Source: an uncultured Bacteroidia bacterium (lineage in GTDB: Bacteria > Bacteroidota > Bacteroidia > J057 > CALLMJ01). From it: DNA of 64,000 nt. Shown piece by piece: positions 51,901 through 62,635 of this stretch. Under the pieces are notes generated by a model. It made no database searches, had not been told where the DNA came from, and saw only the letters and a list, made by a program, of their open reading frames with translations. The stretch is from NCBI GenBank assembly GCA_938005475.1, contig CALLNY010000031.1, positions 1 through 64,000 on the forward strand, in the 5' to 3' direction. A program made the translations under genes and the position numbers. Within the stretch, counting starts at the first letter, position 1. Each line of letters begins with the position of its first letter.

Positions 51901-52835
51901 GTTTCATTTAACTCATTGTTAGAGTTATTATTCATTTCATTTGGTTCTTTGAGAAGAATCAATGATTTTACTCCTGCTTCCAAAATGATTTCTAAATGGT
52001 CTTCAGTGAGTGTTTCTCCTCTTTCAATAAGAACCTCATGTCTTGTTATGGAAGTAACTTCTCCTGTATCTTCATCACCGAAATCTTCAACCCAGGATTT
52101 TAGAACCCTTGCCGCAGTTTTTCTTCCTATTAACTCTTTTATGGAGCCTTTTTTTATTTTTATTTCTTCTGCGATACCAAAAATATCTAAAATATCTTTA
52201 TCAGAAGAGTAGCCAATGGCTCTCAATAATGTGGTTATAGGGAATTTCTTTTTTCCATCAATGTAAGCATACATTACATTGTTGATGTCTGTTGTAAATT
52301 CAATCCAAGAGCCTCGGAAGGGAATTATTCTAGCGGAATAAATTTTAGTTCCGTTGGCATGTAGCGTTTGAGCAAAAAACACCCCTGGTGACCTGTGCAA
52401 TTGACTAACTACTACTCTTTCTGCACCGTTGATGATAAAAGTTCCAGACGGTGTCATATAAGGTATATTCCCTAAATATACATCATCAATAATAGGCTTA
52501 AAATCCTCATTTTCAGAATCTTTACAATATAAATGTAATTTAGCTTTTAAAGACACTGAATAAGTTAAACCTCTTTCCTTGCATTCGTTTATATCATATT
52601 TAGGGGGATCTAATGAATAATCTAAAAATTCTAATACAAAGTTTTCTCTTGAGTCTAAAACAGGAAAATTTTCCTGAAATACTTTATAAAGACCCTCTGA
52701 TTTTCTTTTATCAGCTGGTGTTTCCAACTGCATAAACTCTTGAAATGATTTAATTTGTATTTCAAGTAAATCAGGATATTCTGCTGTTTTACTAATTTTT
52801 GAAAATGATATTCTTTCGTTATTTTGTTTAGCCAT
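48987..52835 (-). CDS. rpoB: DNA-directed RNA polymerase subunit beta
   Basis: Conserved RpoB blocks are [11 protein letters not shown] and [20 protein letters not shown], and the protein is 1282 aa. Confidence 0.95.
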   Translation of the reverse strand: MAKQNNERISFSKISKTAEYPDLLEIQIKSFQEFMQLETPADKRKSEGLYKVFQENFPVLDSRENFVLEFLDYSLDPPKYDINECKERGLTYSVSLKAKLHLYCKDSENEDFKPIIDDVYLGNIPYMTPSGTFIINGAERVVVSQLHRSPGVFFAQTLHANGTKIYSARIIPFRGSWIEFTTDINNVMYAYIDGKKKFPITTLLRAIGYSSDKDILDIFGIAEEIKIKKGSIKELIGRKTAARVLKSWVEDFGDEDTGEVTSITRHEVLIERGETLTEDHLEIILEAGVKSLILLKEPNEMNNNSNNELNETNSLLDYSIIINTLQKDVSNDELEAAQYIYRQLRNADAPDDETARGIIDKLFFSEKRYDLGEVGRYRINKRLHKNFEETSLVLTKNDIISIVKYLIELVNSKANVDDIDHLSNRRVRTVGEQLAAQFSVGLSRMTRTMKERMNVRDNEVFTPADLINSKILSSVINSFFGTSQLSQFMDQTNPLSEITHKRRISALGPGGLTRERAGFEVRDVHYTHYGRLCPIETPEGPNIGLISSLCVYAKVNSLGFIETPYWKVKDGKVLKEIVYLTAEEEDDVYIAQAQKKDDLSDDHTFVKEKVQTRKSGDFPMIESKSVQYMDVATNQIVSLAASLIPFLEHDDANRALMGSNMQRQAVPLIRPSAPIVGTGLERKAALDSRVLIVAEGDGEVVYVDSKVIKIQYNRTFDEEIVNFDDGVVTYHLPKFQRTNQSTCINITPIVKIGDKVEKGDILTEGYSTQNGELSLGQNLLVAFMPWQGYNFEDAIVISERVVSEDLFTSIHIEAFELQVRDTKLGQEELTNEIPNVSEEATKHLDENGLIRIGAEVNEGDILIGKITPKGETDPTPEEKLLKAIFGDKAGDVKDASLKAPPSFKGVVIDKKLFKKDKKDAKNKIKEKKELDELDKWYRTEIGKLNELMYNRLSRLLLDRKSAGVKDELGNIVIPANEKFSKKYLYGLNYKELIPRDWTNDERINTILEKLFHNYKIEFYKIDGKYKRDKYQISIGDELPSGILKMAKVYVANKRKLKVGDKMAGRHGNKGIISKIVRREDMPFLEDGTPVDIVLNPLGVPSRMNLGQIYETILGWAGQKLGVKFATPIFDGPNIDNVNEWLRKAGLPEFGQCYLYDGQTGERFDQPATVGVIYMLKLAHMVDDKMHARSIGPYSLVTQQPLGGKSQFGGQRFGEMEVWALEAFGAAHILRELITVKSDDVIGRQKTYEAIVRGDVIPTPGIPESFNVLLHELRGLALEVTLE

Positions 52836-52953
52836 TAGGCAGATAAATTAAAATTATGACTTGTTATCAATACCACTAGACCTGAACTTTCAGGCCCTTT
52901 TACATTAGAAGAAGTCGGTGCAAAAATATTCTTTTTGCACCGTATTGATTAAA

Positions 52954-53331
52954 CTACTTAATTTCAACAGTAGCACCAGCATCTGTTAATTGTTTTTTGT
53001 AATTTTCTGCTTCTTCTTTTGATACTTTTTCTTTTATTTTACTGGGTGCATTGTCTACTAAATCTTTTGCTTCTTTTAATCCTAATCCTGTGATATTTCT
53101 GACCACTTTAACAACTTCAAGTTTTTTATCTCCTGCGGATTGAAGTACAACATCAAACTCAGTTTGCTCTGCTACTTTTTCTGCTACAGCAGGACCCGCC
53201 GCTACCATAACTGGTGCCGCCGCTGCCGCTGGTTTTATACCATACTCTTCTTCTAATATTTTTGCAAGTTCATTAACTTCTTTTACAGTCAAATTTACTA
53301 ACTGTTCTGCTATTGTTTTTACGTCTGCCAT
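52954..53331 (-). CDS. rplL: 50S ribosomal protein L7/L12
   Basis: An Ala/Val-rich hinge precedes the C-terminus [11 protein letters not shown]... Confidence 0.9.
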   Translation of the reverse strand: MADVKTIAEQLVNLTVKEVNELAKILEEEYGIKPAAAAAPVMVAAGPAVAEKVAEQTEFDVVLQSAGDKKLEVVKVVRNITGLGLKEAKDLVDNAPSKIKEKVSKEEAENYKKQLTDAGATVEIK

Positions 53332-53358
53332 TGTATTAATTATTAAAACTTTTTCTAA

Positions 53359-53892
53359 CTAAATTGATTTCTGTTGTCTTTCTTCTATCGTTTTTAACAA
53401 TCCATGAATTGTGCTTCCACTGGATTGAAGTGCTCCTAGTACATTAGATATTGGAGATTGTAATAATCTTATGATATCTCCTAATACTTCCTGTTTAGAT
53501 TTTATAGATGCAATTACATCTAAATTGCCCTCTCCTGCGTATACGGTCTCCTCAATATAAGCCGCCTTAAACTTAGGAAACTCTTCTTCCTTTCTATAAT
53601 CTTTTAAAATTTTAGCAGGCTCCGCTAAATTTTCATTCGCAAAAACTACAGTCGTGTTCTGTTTTAATACAGAAAATAAATTTTCATATTTGCTATCTAC
53701 CAACTGTAATGCTTTTTTTAGCAAAGTATTTTTTACAACCTGTACTTTTAATTTAGACTGAAAACATGCTCTCCTAAATTGATTGACTTTCTGAACCGTC
53801 ATACCACCCGTATCCAAAACTATGAAATTAGGATGCTGTTTTATGGTTTCTGTTAATTCATTTACTAATTGATATTTTTCTTCTCTTGTCAT
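53359..53892 (-). CDS. rplJ: 50S ribosomal protein L10
   Basis: Position in the rplKAJL-rpoBC operon plus sequence pattern. Confidence 0.85.
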   Translation of the reverse strand: MTREEKYQLVNELTETIKQHPNFIVLDTGGMTVQKVNQFRRACFQSKLKVQVVKNTLLKKALQLVDSKYENLFSVLKQNTTVVFANENLAEPAKILKDYRKEEEFPKFKAAYIEETVYAGEGNLDVIASIKSKQEVLGDIIRLLQSPISNVLGALQSSGSTIHGLLKTIEERQQKSI

Positions 53893-53900
53893 AGGAGTAT

Positions 53901-54605
53901 CTATTGAATTCCAGATATCGAACTCTTGTCGATTTTTACACTTGGACTCATGGTAGCACTTAAATGAATTGATTTAAAGTAGGTATCTTTTAGAGTTGCG
54001 GGTTTTAATCTTTGTAATACAGAGATTAACTCCATGGCATTTTCTGTTATTTGCTCGGGTGTAAAGCTTACTTTACCGATAGCGGCATGAATGATACCTG
54101 TTTTATCTACTTTAAAATCAATTTTTCCAGCTTTCACTTCTCGTACTGCTTTGCCTACTTCATTAGTAACCGTTCCTGTTTTCGGATTAGGCATTAACCC
54201 CCTAGGACCTAATATCCTCCCTAATCTACTAACTTTCGGCATTACATCCTGAGAACATATAATTACATCTACATCCGTCCAACCACTTTCTATTTTCTGA
54301 ATATATTCATCTAAACCTACATAATCTGCACCCGCATCAAGTGCTTCTTTTTCTCGGTCTGATGTTGTAAGAACTAACACTCTCACATTTTTTCCTGTTC
54401 CATGCGGTAAACTAGCTACCCCCCTAACCATTTGATTAGCTTGTTTGGGGTCTACTCCTAATTTGATCGCAATGTCAACAGTTGCATTAAACTTAGTGAA
54501 TGATATATTTTTTACTATGGAAGCAGCCTCTTTTAAGGAGTATGATTTTTGAATATCATACTTTTCTAACGCTTTTTTATAATTTTTGGATAGTCTTTTT
54601 GCCAT
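53901..54605 (-). CDS. rplA: 50S ribosomal protein L1
   Basis: Conserved L1 blocks ([21 protein letters not shown]). Confidence 0.9.
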   Translation of the reverse strand: MAKRLSKNYKKALEKYDIQKSYSLKEAASIVKNISFTKFNATVDIAIKLGVDPKQANQMVRGVASLPHGTGKNVRVLVLTTSDREKEALDAGADYVGLDEYIQKIESGWTDVDVIICSQDVMPKVSRLGRILGPRGLMPNPKTGTVTNEVGKAVREVKAGKIDFKVDKTGIIHAAIGKVSFTPEQITENAMELISVLQRLKPATLKDTYFKSIHLSATMSPSVKIDKSSISGIQ

Positions 54606-54616
54606 AATCTATTGAA

Positions 54617-55063
54617 TTATTTTTCTTCCCATGGGGGAGTACCTTCTACAACAATACCCATACTTCTTGCAGTTCCTGCAATCATTTTCATCGCAGATTC
54701 TACTGTAAAACAATTTAAATCAGGCATTTTAATTTCAGCAATTTCTTTTATCTTTGCCCACGTAACCTTACCAACTTTTTTTCTGTTAGGTTCTTCTGAA
54801 CCTTTGGTAATTCCTGCCGCATTCATCAGTAATACTGGAGCAGGTGGTGTTTTAATAACAAAATCAAACGATTTATCAGAATAAACCGTTAATATTACAG
54901 GTAATATCTGACCCTGCCTATCCTGTGTTTGAGCATTAAATCGCTTACAGAATTCCATGATGTTTACACCTTTAGAACCTAAAGCAGGACCAATCGGCGG
55001 TGCAGGATTTGCCGCTCCACCTTTTACCTGTAATTTTACATAAGTCTCAATTTGCTTTGCCAT
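54617..55063 (-). CDS. rplK: 50S ribosomal protein L11
   Basis: PPIGPALG and the N-terminus [12 protein letters not shown]. Confidence 0.9.
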   Translation of the reverse strand: MAKQIETYVKLQVKGGAANPAPPIGPALGSKGVNIMEFCKRFNAQTQDRQGQILPVILTVYSDKSFDFVIKTPPAPVLLMNAAGITKGSEEPNRKKVGKVTWAKIKEIAEIKMPDLNCFTVESAMKMIAGTARSMGIVVEGTPPWEEK

Positions 55064-55069
55064 CTTTCT

Positions 55070-55687
55070 TTACGATTGTCTTTCTACTTGTGAATATCCT
55101 AATTCTAATGGAGTATTTCTACCAAACATTTTTACCAATACAATTAGTTTTTTCTTATCTTCTAATATTTCTTTTATTTCTCCGTCAAAGCCAATAAATT
55201 GCCCCTCAATAACTTTAATGGTTTCTCCCACTACAAAAGGATTTTCGGGAACCTCTTCCATATTTTTTAACTCCTCTGCCTTAGCTAATATTTCTTCTAC
55301 TTCGTTTGGTTTAAGAGGAATCGGAACTTCTCTTATTACCTTCACTTTTTTTAATCCATTTTTATTTTTCTTCTTTCCAGAATCATCTTTGATTAACTCA
55401 ATCTCTTCTTTTTTATAATTCAAAAATCCTACTACTCCATTAATATCTTTGATAATTTGTACAAGTTCAGGTTCTAATGCCGCTTGGATAACTATGTAAC
55501 CAGGCAAATAATTTCTTTCTTTAATTATTTTTTTTCCATTTCTTACCTCAAATACTTTTTCTGTAGGAATTAAAATATGGGTAATCTTGTCTTGGAGCCC
55601 TAATCGTGTAATTTCAGACTCCAAATATTGTTTCACTTTTTTTTCTTGCCCACTTACCGCCCTAATGACATACCACTTTAATTCCAT
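55070..55687 (-). CDS. nusG: Transcription termination/antitermination factor NusG
   Basis: The N-terminus WYVIRAVSGQEKKV, the C-terminal KOW motif, and position next to secE. Confidence 0.85.
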   Translation of the reverse strand: MELKWYVIRAVSGQEKKVKQYLESEITRLGLQDKITHILIPTEKVFEVRNGKKIIKERNYLPGYIVIQAALEPELVQIIKDINGVVGFLNYKKEEIELIKDDSGKKKNKNGLKKVKVIREVPIPLKPNEVEEILAKAEELKNMEEVPENPFVVGETIKVIEGQFIGFDGEIKEILEDKKKLIVLVKMFGRNTPLELGYSQVERQS

Positions 55688-55694
55688 GATAAAA

Positions 55695-55886
55695 TTATAA
55701 ATTATCGTATATGAAACGCATGGTAAAGTTAAATAGTGAATCGGTTAGTCCTATTAAAATTGCAAACAAAATAGATGCTAAAATAACATAAACTGTTTGA
55801 ACTTGCAATTCTTCCAATTTAGGCCAATGAACTTTATTGATTAGTTCATCAGAATATTGAAAGAATATTTTTCGTATTTTATTCAT
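55695..55886 (-). CDS. secE: Preprotein translocase subunit SecE
   Basis: 63 aa, a single C-terminal TM, and position between tRNA-Trp and nusG. Confidence 0.75.
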   Translation of the reverse strand: MNKIRKIFFQYSDELINKVHWPKLEELQVQTVYVILASILFAILIGLTDSLFNFTMRFIYDNL

Positions 55887-55900
55887 TTATTTAACTTTTG

Positions 55901-55971
55901 CACGGGCACTAGGATTCGAACCCAGACCAAAGGTTTTGGAGACCTCTATTCTACCATTAAACTATGCCCGT
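55901..55971 (-). tRNA. tRNA-Trp(CCA)
   Basis: The reverse-complement cloverleaf has acceptor ACGGGCA/TGCCCGT, anticodon loop CTCCAAA, and T-arm CTGGG-TTCGAAT-CCTAG. The tuf-tRNATrp-secE-nusG arrangement is canonical. Confidence 0.8.
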
Positions 55972-55990
55972 TCTTAAATATCTACTGATA

Positions 55991-57178
55991 TTACTCTATA
56001 ATTTCAGTTACTTGACCAGCACCAATAGTTCTACCACCTTCACGAATAGCAAATCTTAAGCCTTTTTCCATCGCAACTGGATATATCAATGTGACAGTTA
56101 CGGTATGATTTTCGCCAGGCATAACCATTTCTACTCCTTCCGACAATGTAATATCTCCAGTTACATCGGTTGTTCGCATATAAAACTGAGGTCTATAACC
56201 ATTGAAGAAAGGTTTATGTCTTCCGCCTTCTTCTTTACTTAATACGTAAATCTCTGCCTTAAATTTCTTATATGGTTTAACGGTACCAGGTGCACAAACT
56301 ACCATGCCTCGTTCTACTTGGTCTTTATCAATACCTCTTAATAATAAACCAACATTATCTCCTGCTTCGCCTCTATCCAAAATTTTTCTAAACATTTCCA
56401 CTCCTGTTACAGTAGATTTTAAATTTTCTGCACCAAGACCAATAATCTCAACCGCATCTCCCGTGTTGATAATTCCTCTTTCTATTCTTCCTGTTACAAC
56501 GGTACCTCTACCCGTAATAGAGAACACATCTTCTACCGGCATCAAAAAGGGCTTATCAATATCTCTCACCGGAAGTGGAACATAAGTATCCACTGCATTC
56601 ATCAGCTCTAATATTTTTTCTTCCCACTGGGGCTCTCCATTTAATGCACCTAACGCAGAACCTCTTATAACAGGAATATCATCCCCTGGGAATTCATATT
56701 TATTTAGTAGTTCTCGCACTTCCATTTCTACTAAATCCAACATTTCAGGGTCATCTACTAAATCTACTTTGTTCATGAAAACAACTATGTAAGGAACCCC
56801 TACTTGGCGAGCTAAAAGTATATGCTCTCTAGTTTGTGGCATTGGACCATCTGTAGCCGCAACCACTAAAATAGCTCCATCCATTTGCGCTGCACCTGTA
56901 ACCATATTTTTTACATAGTCTGCGTGACCAGGGCAATCCACGTGTGCATAATGTCTATTGACTGTCTGATATTCTACGTGGGATGTATTGATAGTAATCC
57001 CGCGTTCTTTTTCTTCGGGAGCATTATCAATCGAACTAAAATCCCTCTTCTCAGCTAATCCTTGTTTAGATAATACCTGCGTAATCGCTGCGGTTAATGT
57101 AGTCTTACCGTGGTCTACGTGACCAATTGTACCAATGTTTACGTGTGGTTTTGAACGGTCAAAGGTTTCTTTTGCCAT
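55991..57178 (-). CDS. tuf: Elongation factor Tu
   Basis: [18 protein letters not shown] and NKVD are the G1, G3 and G4 motifs. Confidence 0.95.
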   Translation of the reverse strand: MAKETFDRSKPHVNIGTIGHVDHGKTTLTAAITQVLSKQGLAEKRDFSSIDNAPEEKERGITINTSHVEYQTVNRHYAHVDCPGHADYVKNMVTGAAQMDGAILVVAATDGPMPQTREHILLARQVGVPYIVVFMNKVDLVDDPEMLDLVEMEVRELLNKYEFPGDDIPVIRGSALGALNGEPQWEEKILELMNAVDTYVPLPVRDIDKPFLMPVEDVFSITGRGTVVTGRIERGIINTGDAVEIIGLGAENLKSTVTGVEMFRKILDRGEAGDNVGLLLRGIDKDQVERGMVVCAPGTVKPYKKFKAEIYVLSKEEGGRHKPFFNGYRPQFYMRTTDVTGDITLSEGVEMVMPGENHTVTVTLIYPVAMEKGLRFAIREGGRTIGAGQVTEIIE

Positions 57179-57220
57179 GATTATTTATATTTTATTTATT
57201 CGTGATTATTATATTTGTAG

Positions 57221-57292
<72 letters not shown>

Positions 57293-57306
57293 TTGTATAA
57301 AAAAAA

Positions 57307-57379
57307 GAGCGGGAGACGAGGCTCGAACCCGCGACCCTCAGCTTGGAAGGCTGATGCTCTACCAACTGAGCTACTCCCG
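57307..57379 (-). tRNA. tRNA-Gly(TCC)
   Basis: Acceptor GCGGGAG, anticodon loop CTTCCAA, T-arm GCGGG-TTCGAGC-CTCGT (with G·U pairs). Confidence 0.8.
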
Positions 57380-57384
57380 CTTAT

Positions 57385-57468
57385 GTGGGTGGTGATGGAT
57401 TCGAACCACCGAAGTCGTAAGACAGCAGATTTACAGTCTGCCCCATTTGGCCACTCTGGTAACCACCC
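57385..57468 (-). tRNA. tRNA-Tyr(GTA)
   Basis: Long variable arm, anticodon stem GCAGA/TCTGC, loop CTGTAAA. Confidence 0.8.
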
Positions 57469-57489
57469 TTCTTAATTCTGTAAGAACTG

Positions 57490-57562
57490 TGCCCCCTGAC
57501 AGGATCGAACTGCCGACCTACTGATTACAAATCAGTTGCTCTACCAGCTGAGCTAAGGAGGC
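57490..57562 (-). tRNA. tRNA-Thr(TGT)
   Basis: Acceptor GCCTCCT/AGGGGGC (one G·U), anticodon loop TTTGTAA. Confidence 0.8.
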
Positions 57563-57660
57563 TTTTTATTTTTGAGTTGCAAAAATAATCATCTTTAATC
57601 GAATAACAAAATTTTTTCTCAATTTTTTCTTTAAATTCCCAATAAACGCTTGATTATCAA

Positions 57661-58419
57661 TCACAAAAATTTATTACCTAATGTATGGCTCATCTTTTCC
57701 CATAACCAAATCTTACTGCTTTCAATAGCACACGCTAAATCCCGCCCCCAAAACAATTCACTTACAATAGCACTACTTAAACTACAACCTGTACCCCTGA
57801 CTTCTTTGTCTATCCTCTTCCCTGCAAATGGAATAATTCTCCCCTTCTGAATTAAATAATCTATGCTCTCCGCTCCAAACCAATGCCCCCCCTTTATAAG
57901 CAAATTGTTAACTCCAATGTGGTAATATATTGATTCAAGTTCCTCATTCCCTAAATTACGTATCTTGCGATTAGATAACTGCTCACACTCCATAATATTA
58001 GGAGTCAAAAGTTCTACTAGGGGAAGAAGTTCATTTTTAATCGTTGCTATAAAGAGTGGGTCCGTTAGATTGCCCCCAGAACTAGTTTTCATGACAGGAT
58101 CGTAAACAATGTAAACTTTTTTTTTAACTAAAAAATGGGACACAGCCTTCACAATTGAAGAAGTACCAAGCATTCCTATCTTAACGAAATGAATATCAAA
58201 TTCATCAAATACCGCTTGAAGTTGTTGTAATAATAGTTTTTTTGAAACGGATTTAAAACAAAAAAAACTTTGAGAATTTTGAGCAGTGACTGCAGTAATA
58301 ACAGAGGCTGCATAAATTTGTTTCTCATAGAAAACTTTTAAGTCTCTTTGAATTCCTGAGCCTGTTGAGCAATCAGAACCACCAATAGTTAATACTGCTT
58401 TCATAAAAACCCTATTCAA
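57661..58419 (-). CDS. thiD: Hydroxymethylpyrimidine/phosphomethylpyrimidine kinase ThiD
   Basis: VLTIGGSDCSTGSGIQRDLK is the ribokinase-like PfkB fold, with an anion-hole GTGC near the C-terminus. The true start is probably the second Met (MKAVLTIGG). Confidence 0.75.
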   Translation of the reverse strand: MNRVFMKAVLTIGGSDCSTGSGIQRDLKVFYEKQIYAASVITAVTAQNSQSFFCFKSVSKKLLLQQLQAVFDEFDIHFVKIGMLGTSSIVKAVSHFLVKKKVYIVYDPVMKTSSGGNLTDPLFIATIKNELLPLVELLTPNIMECEQLSNRKIRNLGNEELESIYYHIGVNNLLIKGGHWFGAESIDYLIQKGRIIPFAGKRIDKEVRGTGCSLSSAIVSELFWGRDLACAIESSKIWLWEKMSHTLGNKFL

Positions 58420-58435
58420 TTAGGGCATTTTGAGG

Positions 58436-58510
58436 TGGGAGCTAACGGATTCGAACCGCTGACCCTCTGCTTGTAAGGCAGATGCTCTAAACCAACTGAG
58501 CTAAGCTCCC
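58436..58510 (-). tRNA. tRNA-Val(TAC)
   Basis: Acceptor GGGAGCT, anticodon stem TCTGC/GCAGA, loop CTTACAA. Confidence 0.8.
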
Positions 58511-58527
58511 TTCTATTATTTTTGAGG

Positions 58528-58602
58528 TGGGAGCTAACGGATTCGAACCGCTGACCCTCTGCTTGTAAGGCAGATGCTCTAAACCAACTGAGCTAAGCTC
58601 CC
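58528..58602 (-). tRNA. tRNA-Val(TAC), copy 2 (identical)
   Basis: Exact duplicate of the preceding gene, 17 nt downstream. Confidence 0.8.
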
Positions 58603-58610
58603 TTAATCTG

Positions 58611-58695
58611 TACCCAAGACCGGAGTCGAACCGGTAAGGTATTGCTACCATCGGTTTTTGAGACCGACGCGTCTACCAATTCCGCCACTTGGGCT
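58611..58695 (-). tRNA. tRNA-Leu(CAA)
   Basis: Long variable arm, D-arm GCGGAATTGGTAGACGC, anticodon loop CTCAAAA. Confidence 0.8.
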
Positions 58696-58784
58696 CAAAA
58701 GTGGACTGCAAAACTAATACTTCTTTACGCTTTATCCAAATTTTTTTACAATTTTTTTATCCTTATCTTTCTAAAACCTTTAAT

Positions 58785-59507
58785 TTAGCTTTCCTTAAAC
58801 TCTATTTTTTGTGCTAACACAATATTATCAAGAAATAAATCCTTGTTTTTAGGTAATATTTGAGCAAGTAAACTTCCTATTAAAAGTGTTGGAAAAATCA
58901 AGCATAACATAGCTAAATATTTTGTTATTCTTGTTGAATAAGATTTTTTATAGATATACTCCGCAATTAACTGAACAATAACTCCAAAATTTTGAACGGT
59001 TTTTTCTTGTTTAATAATCTCAAAACTATGTCTTTTTAATAAGTAAGTTAATCCAAAGGAAGAGTAACGAGCATAATCATAAGGTTGTTCGTGTTCGTCC
59101 CATACAAATGGAACCGTTAATAACAATTTTCCGTTCGGTTTTAGTACTCTATAAATCTCGCATAAAAAATCATTGGGCTCGAATACATGCTCTAATACTT
59201 GAAAACAGACTACCGAATCAAAGGTATGGTCATCAAAGGGAATTTTTTTTCCATCATAAAAGACATCAATTTTTTTTATTGCACGGTTTATAGTATTATC
59301 AATTTCTAAACCAATATACTCTTGGGATAGGAAGCATTTTTCGTAAGGCTTTGAACCACAACCAATATCTAATGTTTTTCCTTGAATAAATTTACCTAAT
59401 TTAGCAATCTCATTCCATAAAGCTTTTCGTGCGATGTAGAACGGATTAAAAAGCATTCCCAAAATGGGCGTAGGCTCAAAGTACTGTTTTAATAAAAAGG
59501 GGCTCAT
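58785..59507 (-). CDS. Class I SAM-dependent methyltransferase
   Basis: Motif I is LDIGCGSKP. Motif post-I/II (acidic residue then hydrophobic stretch) is also present. Confidence 0.6.
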   Translation of the reverse strand: MSPFLLKQYFEPTPILGMLFNPFYIARKALWNEIAKLGKFIQGKTLDIGCGSKPYEKCFLSQEYIGLEIDNTINRAIKKIDVFYDGKKIPFDDHTFDSVVCFQVLEHVFEPNDFLCEIYRVLKPNGKLLLTVPFVWDEHEQPYDYARYSSFGLTYLLKRHSFEIIKQEKTVQNFGVIVQLIAEYIYKKSYSTRITKYLAMLCLIFPTLLIGSLLAQILPKNKDLFLDNIVLAQKIEFKES

Positions 59508-60553
59508 TGGTTTTCCTTTAATTTCTTAACTGCGGCATCATAAACTCTTTTCATCCCTTCCCGTAAGGAAATTTTAGGATACCAACCGAACCGATTCGTG
59601 ACATAAGTCATATCTGCGTAACGAGAATGAACACCAACTGGTTTATCAAGAAGAGGTTTTATCTCGGGTTTATAACCTGCAAATTCACAAAATAAATCAA
59701 TAACTTCTCGGAAGGTGGTTAGTTTACCGAAACCGATATTTATGGCAGAACCGTCATGAATATGATTGATGGCAAGTAAAATACAATCTATACAATCTTC
59801 AATATGAACAAAATCTCTACCTTGGTAACCTGTTCCCCAAACTTCAAAGGGGTTTTCTTTTTTGGCGGCTCTTGCGGCGATGGCAGGAATAGGATAACTC
59901 AAATCTTGGTCTTCACCATACCCAGAAAAAGGTCTTACACAAGCTACTTTCAGCCCGTAATATTTAGCGGCAATTTGAGCCAAATACTCTCCCGTTAATT
60001 TAGACCATCCATAAGTCATATCTGGTTGCCCTAATGCACCCCCAAATTGAATATCCGTTTCTTTTAAAGCTACAGCTCCTTCGTGCGTTTGTAAGGAAAT
60101 CGGATAAGCGGCGCTAGAACTAGGATATAAAATTCTATCAGGTCTATGTTGAACAGCCCAATAAAATAATTCTGCGTCAATGGCTAAATCTAACGCTACT
60201 GCCATAGGATCTCCGTCTATTTTAGACCTCCCTCCTACAATAGCCGCAAAATGGTATACATCATTAAACCTCTCAATACTAAAAGTTCTTTGAAGCCACT
60301 GAGGCTCATTTCTTATATACCATAAAAAATTCTTAAAATCCCCCTTCCAAAAAAGAATTCTTTTTTCTTGGTCTATATATTCAAAATCTGAAGTCTTCTC
60401 TATGACACAATTAGGGAACCATCTCTCAGGAGCCGTTCCTGTTGATAAATCATCTATGATGAGTAGCCTATCTTGAGTCGTTTGGTATAATCGTTTTACT
60501 AAATTCCTTCCTACAAACCCGCACCCTCCAGAAATTAAATGTACTTTTTGCAT
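59504..60553 (-). CDS. NAD-dependent epimerase/dehydratase family protein (SDR extended)
   Basis: The N-terminal GGCGFVG Rossmann motif and a YxxxK catalytic pair (YGWSK) are present. Confidence 0.7.
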   Translation of the reverse strand: MQKVHLISGGCGFVGRNLVKRLYQTTQDRLLIIDDLSTGTAPERWFPNCVIEKTSDFEYIDQEKRILFWKGDFKNFLWYIRNEPQWLQRTFSIERFNDVYHFAAIVGGRSKIDGDPMAVALDLAIDAELFYWAVQHRPDRILYPSSSAAYPISLQTHEGAVALKETDIQFGGALGQPDMTYGWSKLTGEYLAQIAAKYYGLKVACVRPFSGYGEDQDLSYPIPAIAARAAKKENPFEVWGTGYQGRDFVHIEDCIDCILLAINHIHDGSAINIGFGKLTTFREVIDLFCEFAGYKPEIKPLLDKPVGVHSRYADMTYVTNRFGWYPKISLREGMKRVYDAAVKKLKENQ

Positions 60554-60735
60554 GCAAAATCAGAAATAATCAGCAAAAATAGTAAGAAAATTAGTAAAAA
60601 GAATTTTATGTAGTTTATTAGACATGGTTAAGATTTTATCATACAAGTTTGAAAAAATCAATTCCTAATAACGGACGTAGGTCTAAAATTTGTATATTTG
60701 CCGCTAATTTTATAAGTGGTTTATTTAGAAATATT

Positions 60736-61953
60736 ATGATAAAAGAAATTAAAGTCCCCAGTCCAGGAGAATCCGTAACCGAAGTATCTATTGACTCATG
60801 GTTAGTGAAAGATGGAGATTATGTCAAAGTAGATCAAGCTATTGCTGAAATTGCGTCTGATAAAACGATGCTTACTTTATATAGCGAGTTTGCTGGCGTT
60901 ATTAAGATACTAGTTAATCCTGGTGAAGTAATTCCTGTCGGAACGGTAGTTTGTAGTATAGATACTTCCGTAAACGCTCCTACAACTTCTGCTAGCACAA
61001 TAGTTTCTGCAGAGCCTTCCCAGTTAAGTTCCAAGTCTGTAACGTCCTCTTCTGAACATTATGCTAAAAATCTTCCTTCCCCTTCTGCCCAAAAATTGAT
61101 GGAAGAAAAAGGTATACAGCAAGTAGAAGGAACAGGTAAAGATGGCAGAATTACCAAAGCCGATGTTGTAATTGCTATAAATAAATCTCAAACAGAAAAA
61201 TCTACTCCCATTACAGTAGAGCAACCTGTTGATACCCCTGTTTTATCGGGTATACGAAATGTGCGAAGAGAAAAAATGAGTATGCTTCGAAAAAAAGTAG
61301 CGGAAAGATTAGTTTCCGTAAAAAATGAAACTGCTATGCTAACTACTTTTAACGAAGTAGACCTATCTGCTATTGTCGCTTTAAGGGCTAAATACAAAGA
61401 TAAGTTTAAAGAAACACACGGTGTAGGTTTAGGTTTTATGTCCTTCTTTGCTAAAGCTTGTTGTGAGGCTATTAAGGCATTTCCTGTAATTAACGCTCAA
61501 ATTGATAACGATGATATCGTCTATTTTGATTATGTAGATATGGGAATTGCCGTTTCTACTGAAAGAGGATTAGTAGTGCCTGTTGTAAGAAATTGTCAAT
61601 CCCTAAGTTTAGCCCAAATTGAAAAAGAAATATTAGATTTAGCTACCAAAGCCCGTAATAATAAATTGAAAATAGAAGAGATGATGAACGGTACATTTAC
61701 TATCACGAATGGAGGTGTATTCGGTTCTTTAATGTCTACCCCTATTATCAATCCACCACAAAGCGCAATTTTAGGTATGCACGCCATTAAAGATAGACCT
61801 GTCGTTGTAGATGGGCAAGTACTTGTAAGACCTATGATGTATATCGCTTTATCTTATGACCATAGAATCATTGATGGTAAGGAATCGGTCTCTTTTTTAG
61901 TGAGAGTAAAAGAATTACTTGAAGACCCCGCACGATTATTGCTAGAAATATAA
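60736..61953 (+). CDS. sucB: Dihydrolipoyllysine-residue succinyltransferase (2-oxoglutarate dehydrogenase E2)
   Basis: The N-terminal lipoyl domain is IASDKTML. Ala/Pro/Ser-rich linkers follow. The C-terminal catalytic domain ends in DHRIIDG. The ORF-track start at 60649 adds a 29-aa basic extension, so MIKEIKVP at 60736 is preferred. Confidence 0.8.
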   Translation: MIKEIKVPSPGESVTEVSIDSWLVKDGDYVKVDQAIAEIASDKTMLTLYSEFAGVIKILVNPGEVIPVGTVVCSIDTSVNAPTTSASTIVSAEPSQLSSKSVTSSSEHYAKNLPSPSAQKLMEEKGIQQVEGTGKDGRITKADVVIAINKSQTEKSTPITVEQPVDTPVLSGIRNVRREKMSMLRKKVAERLVSVKNETAMLTTFNEVDLSAIVALRAKYKDKFKETHGVGLGFMSFFAKACCEAIKAFPVINAQIDNDDIVYFDYVDMGIAVSTERGLVVPVVRNCQSLSLAQIEKEILDLATKARNNKLKIEEMMNGTFTITNGGVFGSLMSTPIINPPQSAILGMHAIKDRPVVVDGQVLVRPMMYIALSYDHRIIDGKESVSFLVRVKELLEDPARLLLEI

Positions 61954-62045
61954 TCGAAATATTCTATAATAACGTTAAATGGGCTTCTTTAACTTATAAT
62001 TAGAGCTCATGTTTTCTTAATAAAAAATTTACAATCCTTGCAAAT

Positions 62046-62525
62046 ATGCGATTGATTTGGAGTGGTATTTTTCTTTGGTTATTTATTTACGTATCTAATA
62101 CATGGGGACAAACAGATAGTACTATGGTTGTTCCTTTTACTCTTTCCGATAAAATACGCCTCATTCGCATAGAAGAACAAATGAATACGAAGTTCCACGA
62201 AATTGACCGACGTTTTGAGCAGGTAGATAAACGCTTTGAGCAAATTGATAAACGTTTTGAACAGATAGACAAACGATTAGACCGACTTGAAGATTTAGTA
62301 TGGGCGGCAATATTTGCTTTACTTACTGCCATGATAATGCTTATAGGTTTTATTTTGTGGGATAGAAGGACTTTCCTTAAACCTATTAACCTCAAAATGA
62401 ATGATATAGAAAATGAACATCAAAAACAAAAAGAGAACTTTCAAAATATGTTACAAGTTTTAAAAGAAAAAGCCAAGGAAGACGACACCATCAAAGAATT
62501 ACTCAAAAAATTTAATTTGTGGTAG
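62046..62525 (+). CDS. Hypothetical membrane protein with tandem DKRFEQI octad repeats
   Basis: A signal/TM N-terminus is followed by 3.5 tandem 24-bp (8-aa) repeats (EIDRRFEQVDKRFEQIDKRFEQIDKRLDRLED), then a TM helix and a charged coiled-coil tail. Confidence 0.4.
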   Translation: MRLIWSGIFLWLFIYVSNTWGQTDSTMVVPFTLSDKIRLIRIEEQMNTKFHEIDRRFEQVDKRFEQIDKRFEQIDKRLDRLEDLVWAAIFALLTAMIMLIGFILWDRRTFLKPINLKMNDIENEHQKQKENFQNMLQVLKEKAKEDDTIKELLKKFNLW

Positions 62526-62635
62526 AAGTTTTTGTCAAAATTTACTATTTTGGGAGATATGCGTAAGTTATATTTTTTTAGGTATTAAAAAATTATTGCA
62601 AAAAGAAAGTAATTTTGTAATTTTGCGTTTGGTTA

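Noticed and set aside
44919-52212. Several 60-137-aa plus-strand ORFs inside rpoC and rpoB (44919, 45648, 47201, 48057, 49993, 51916)
   Set aside because: They are antisense to highly conserved RNA polymerase genes and Ser/Leu-rich. This is typical of spurious antisense ORFs.
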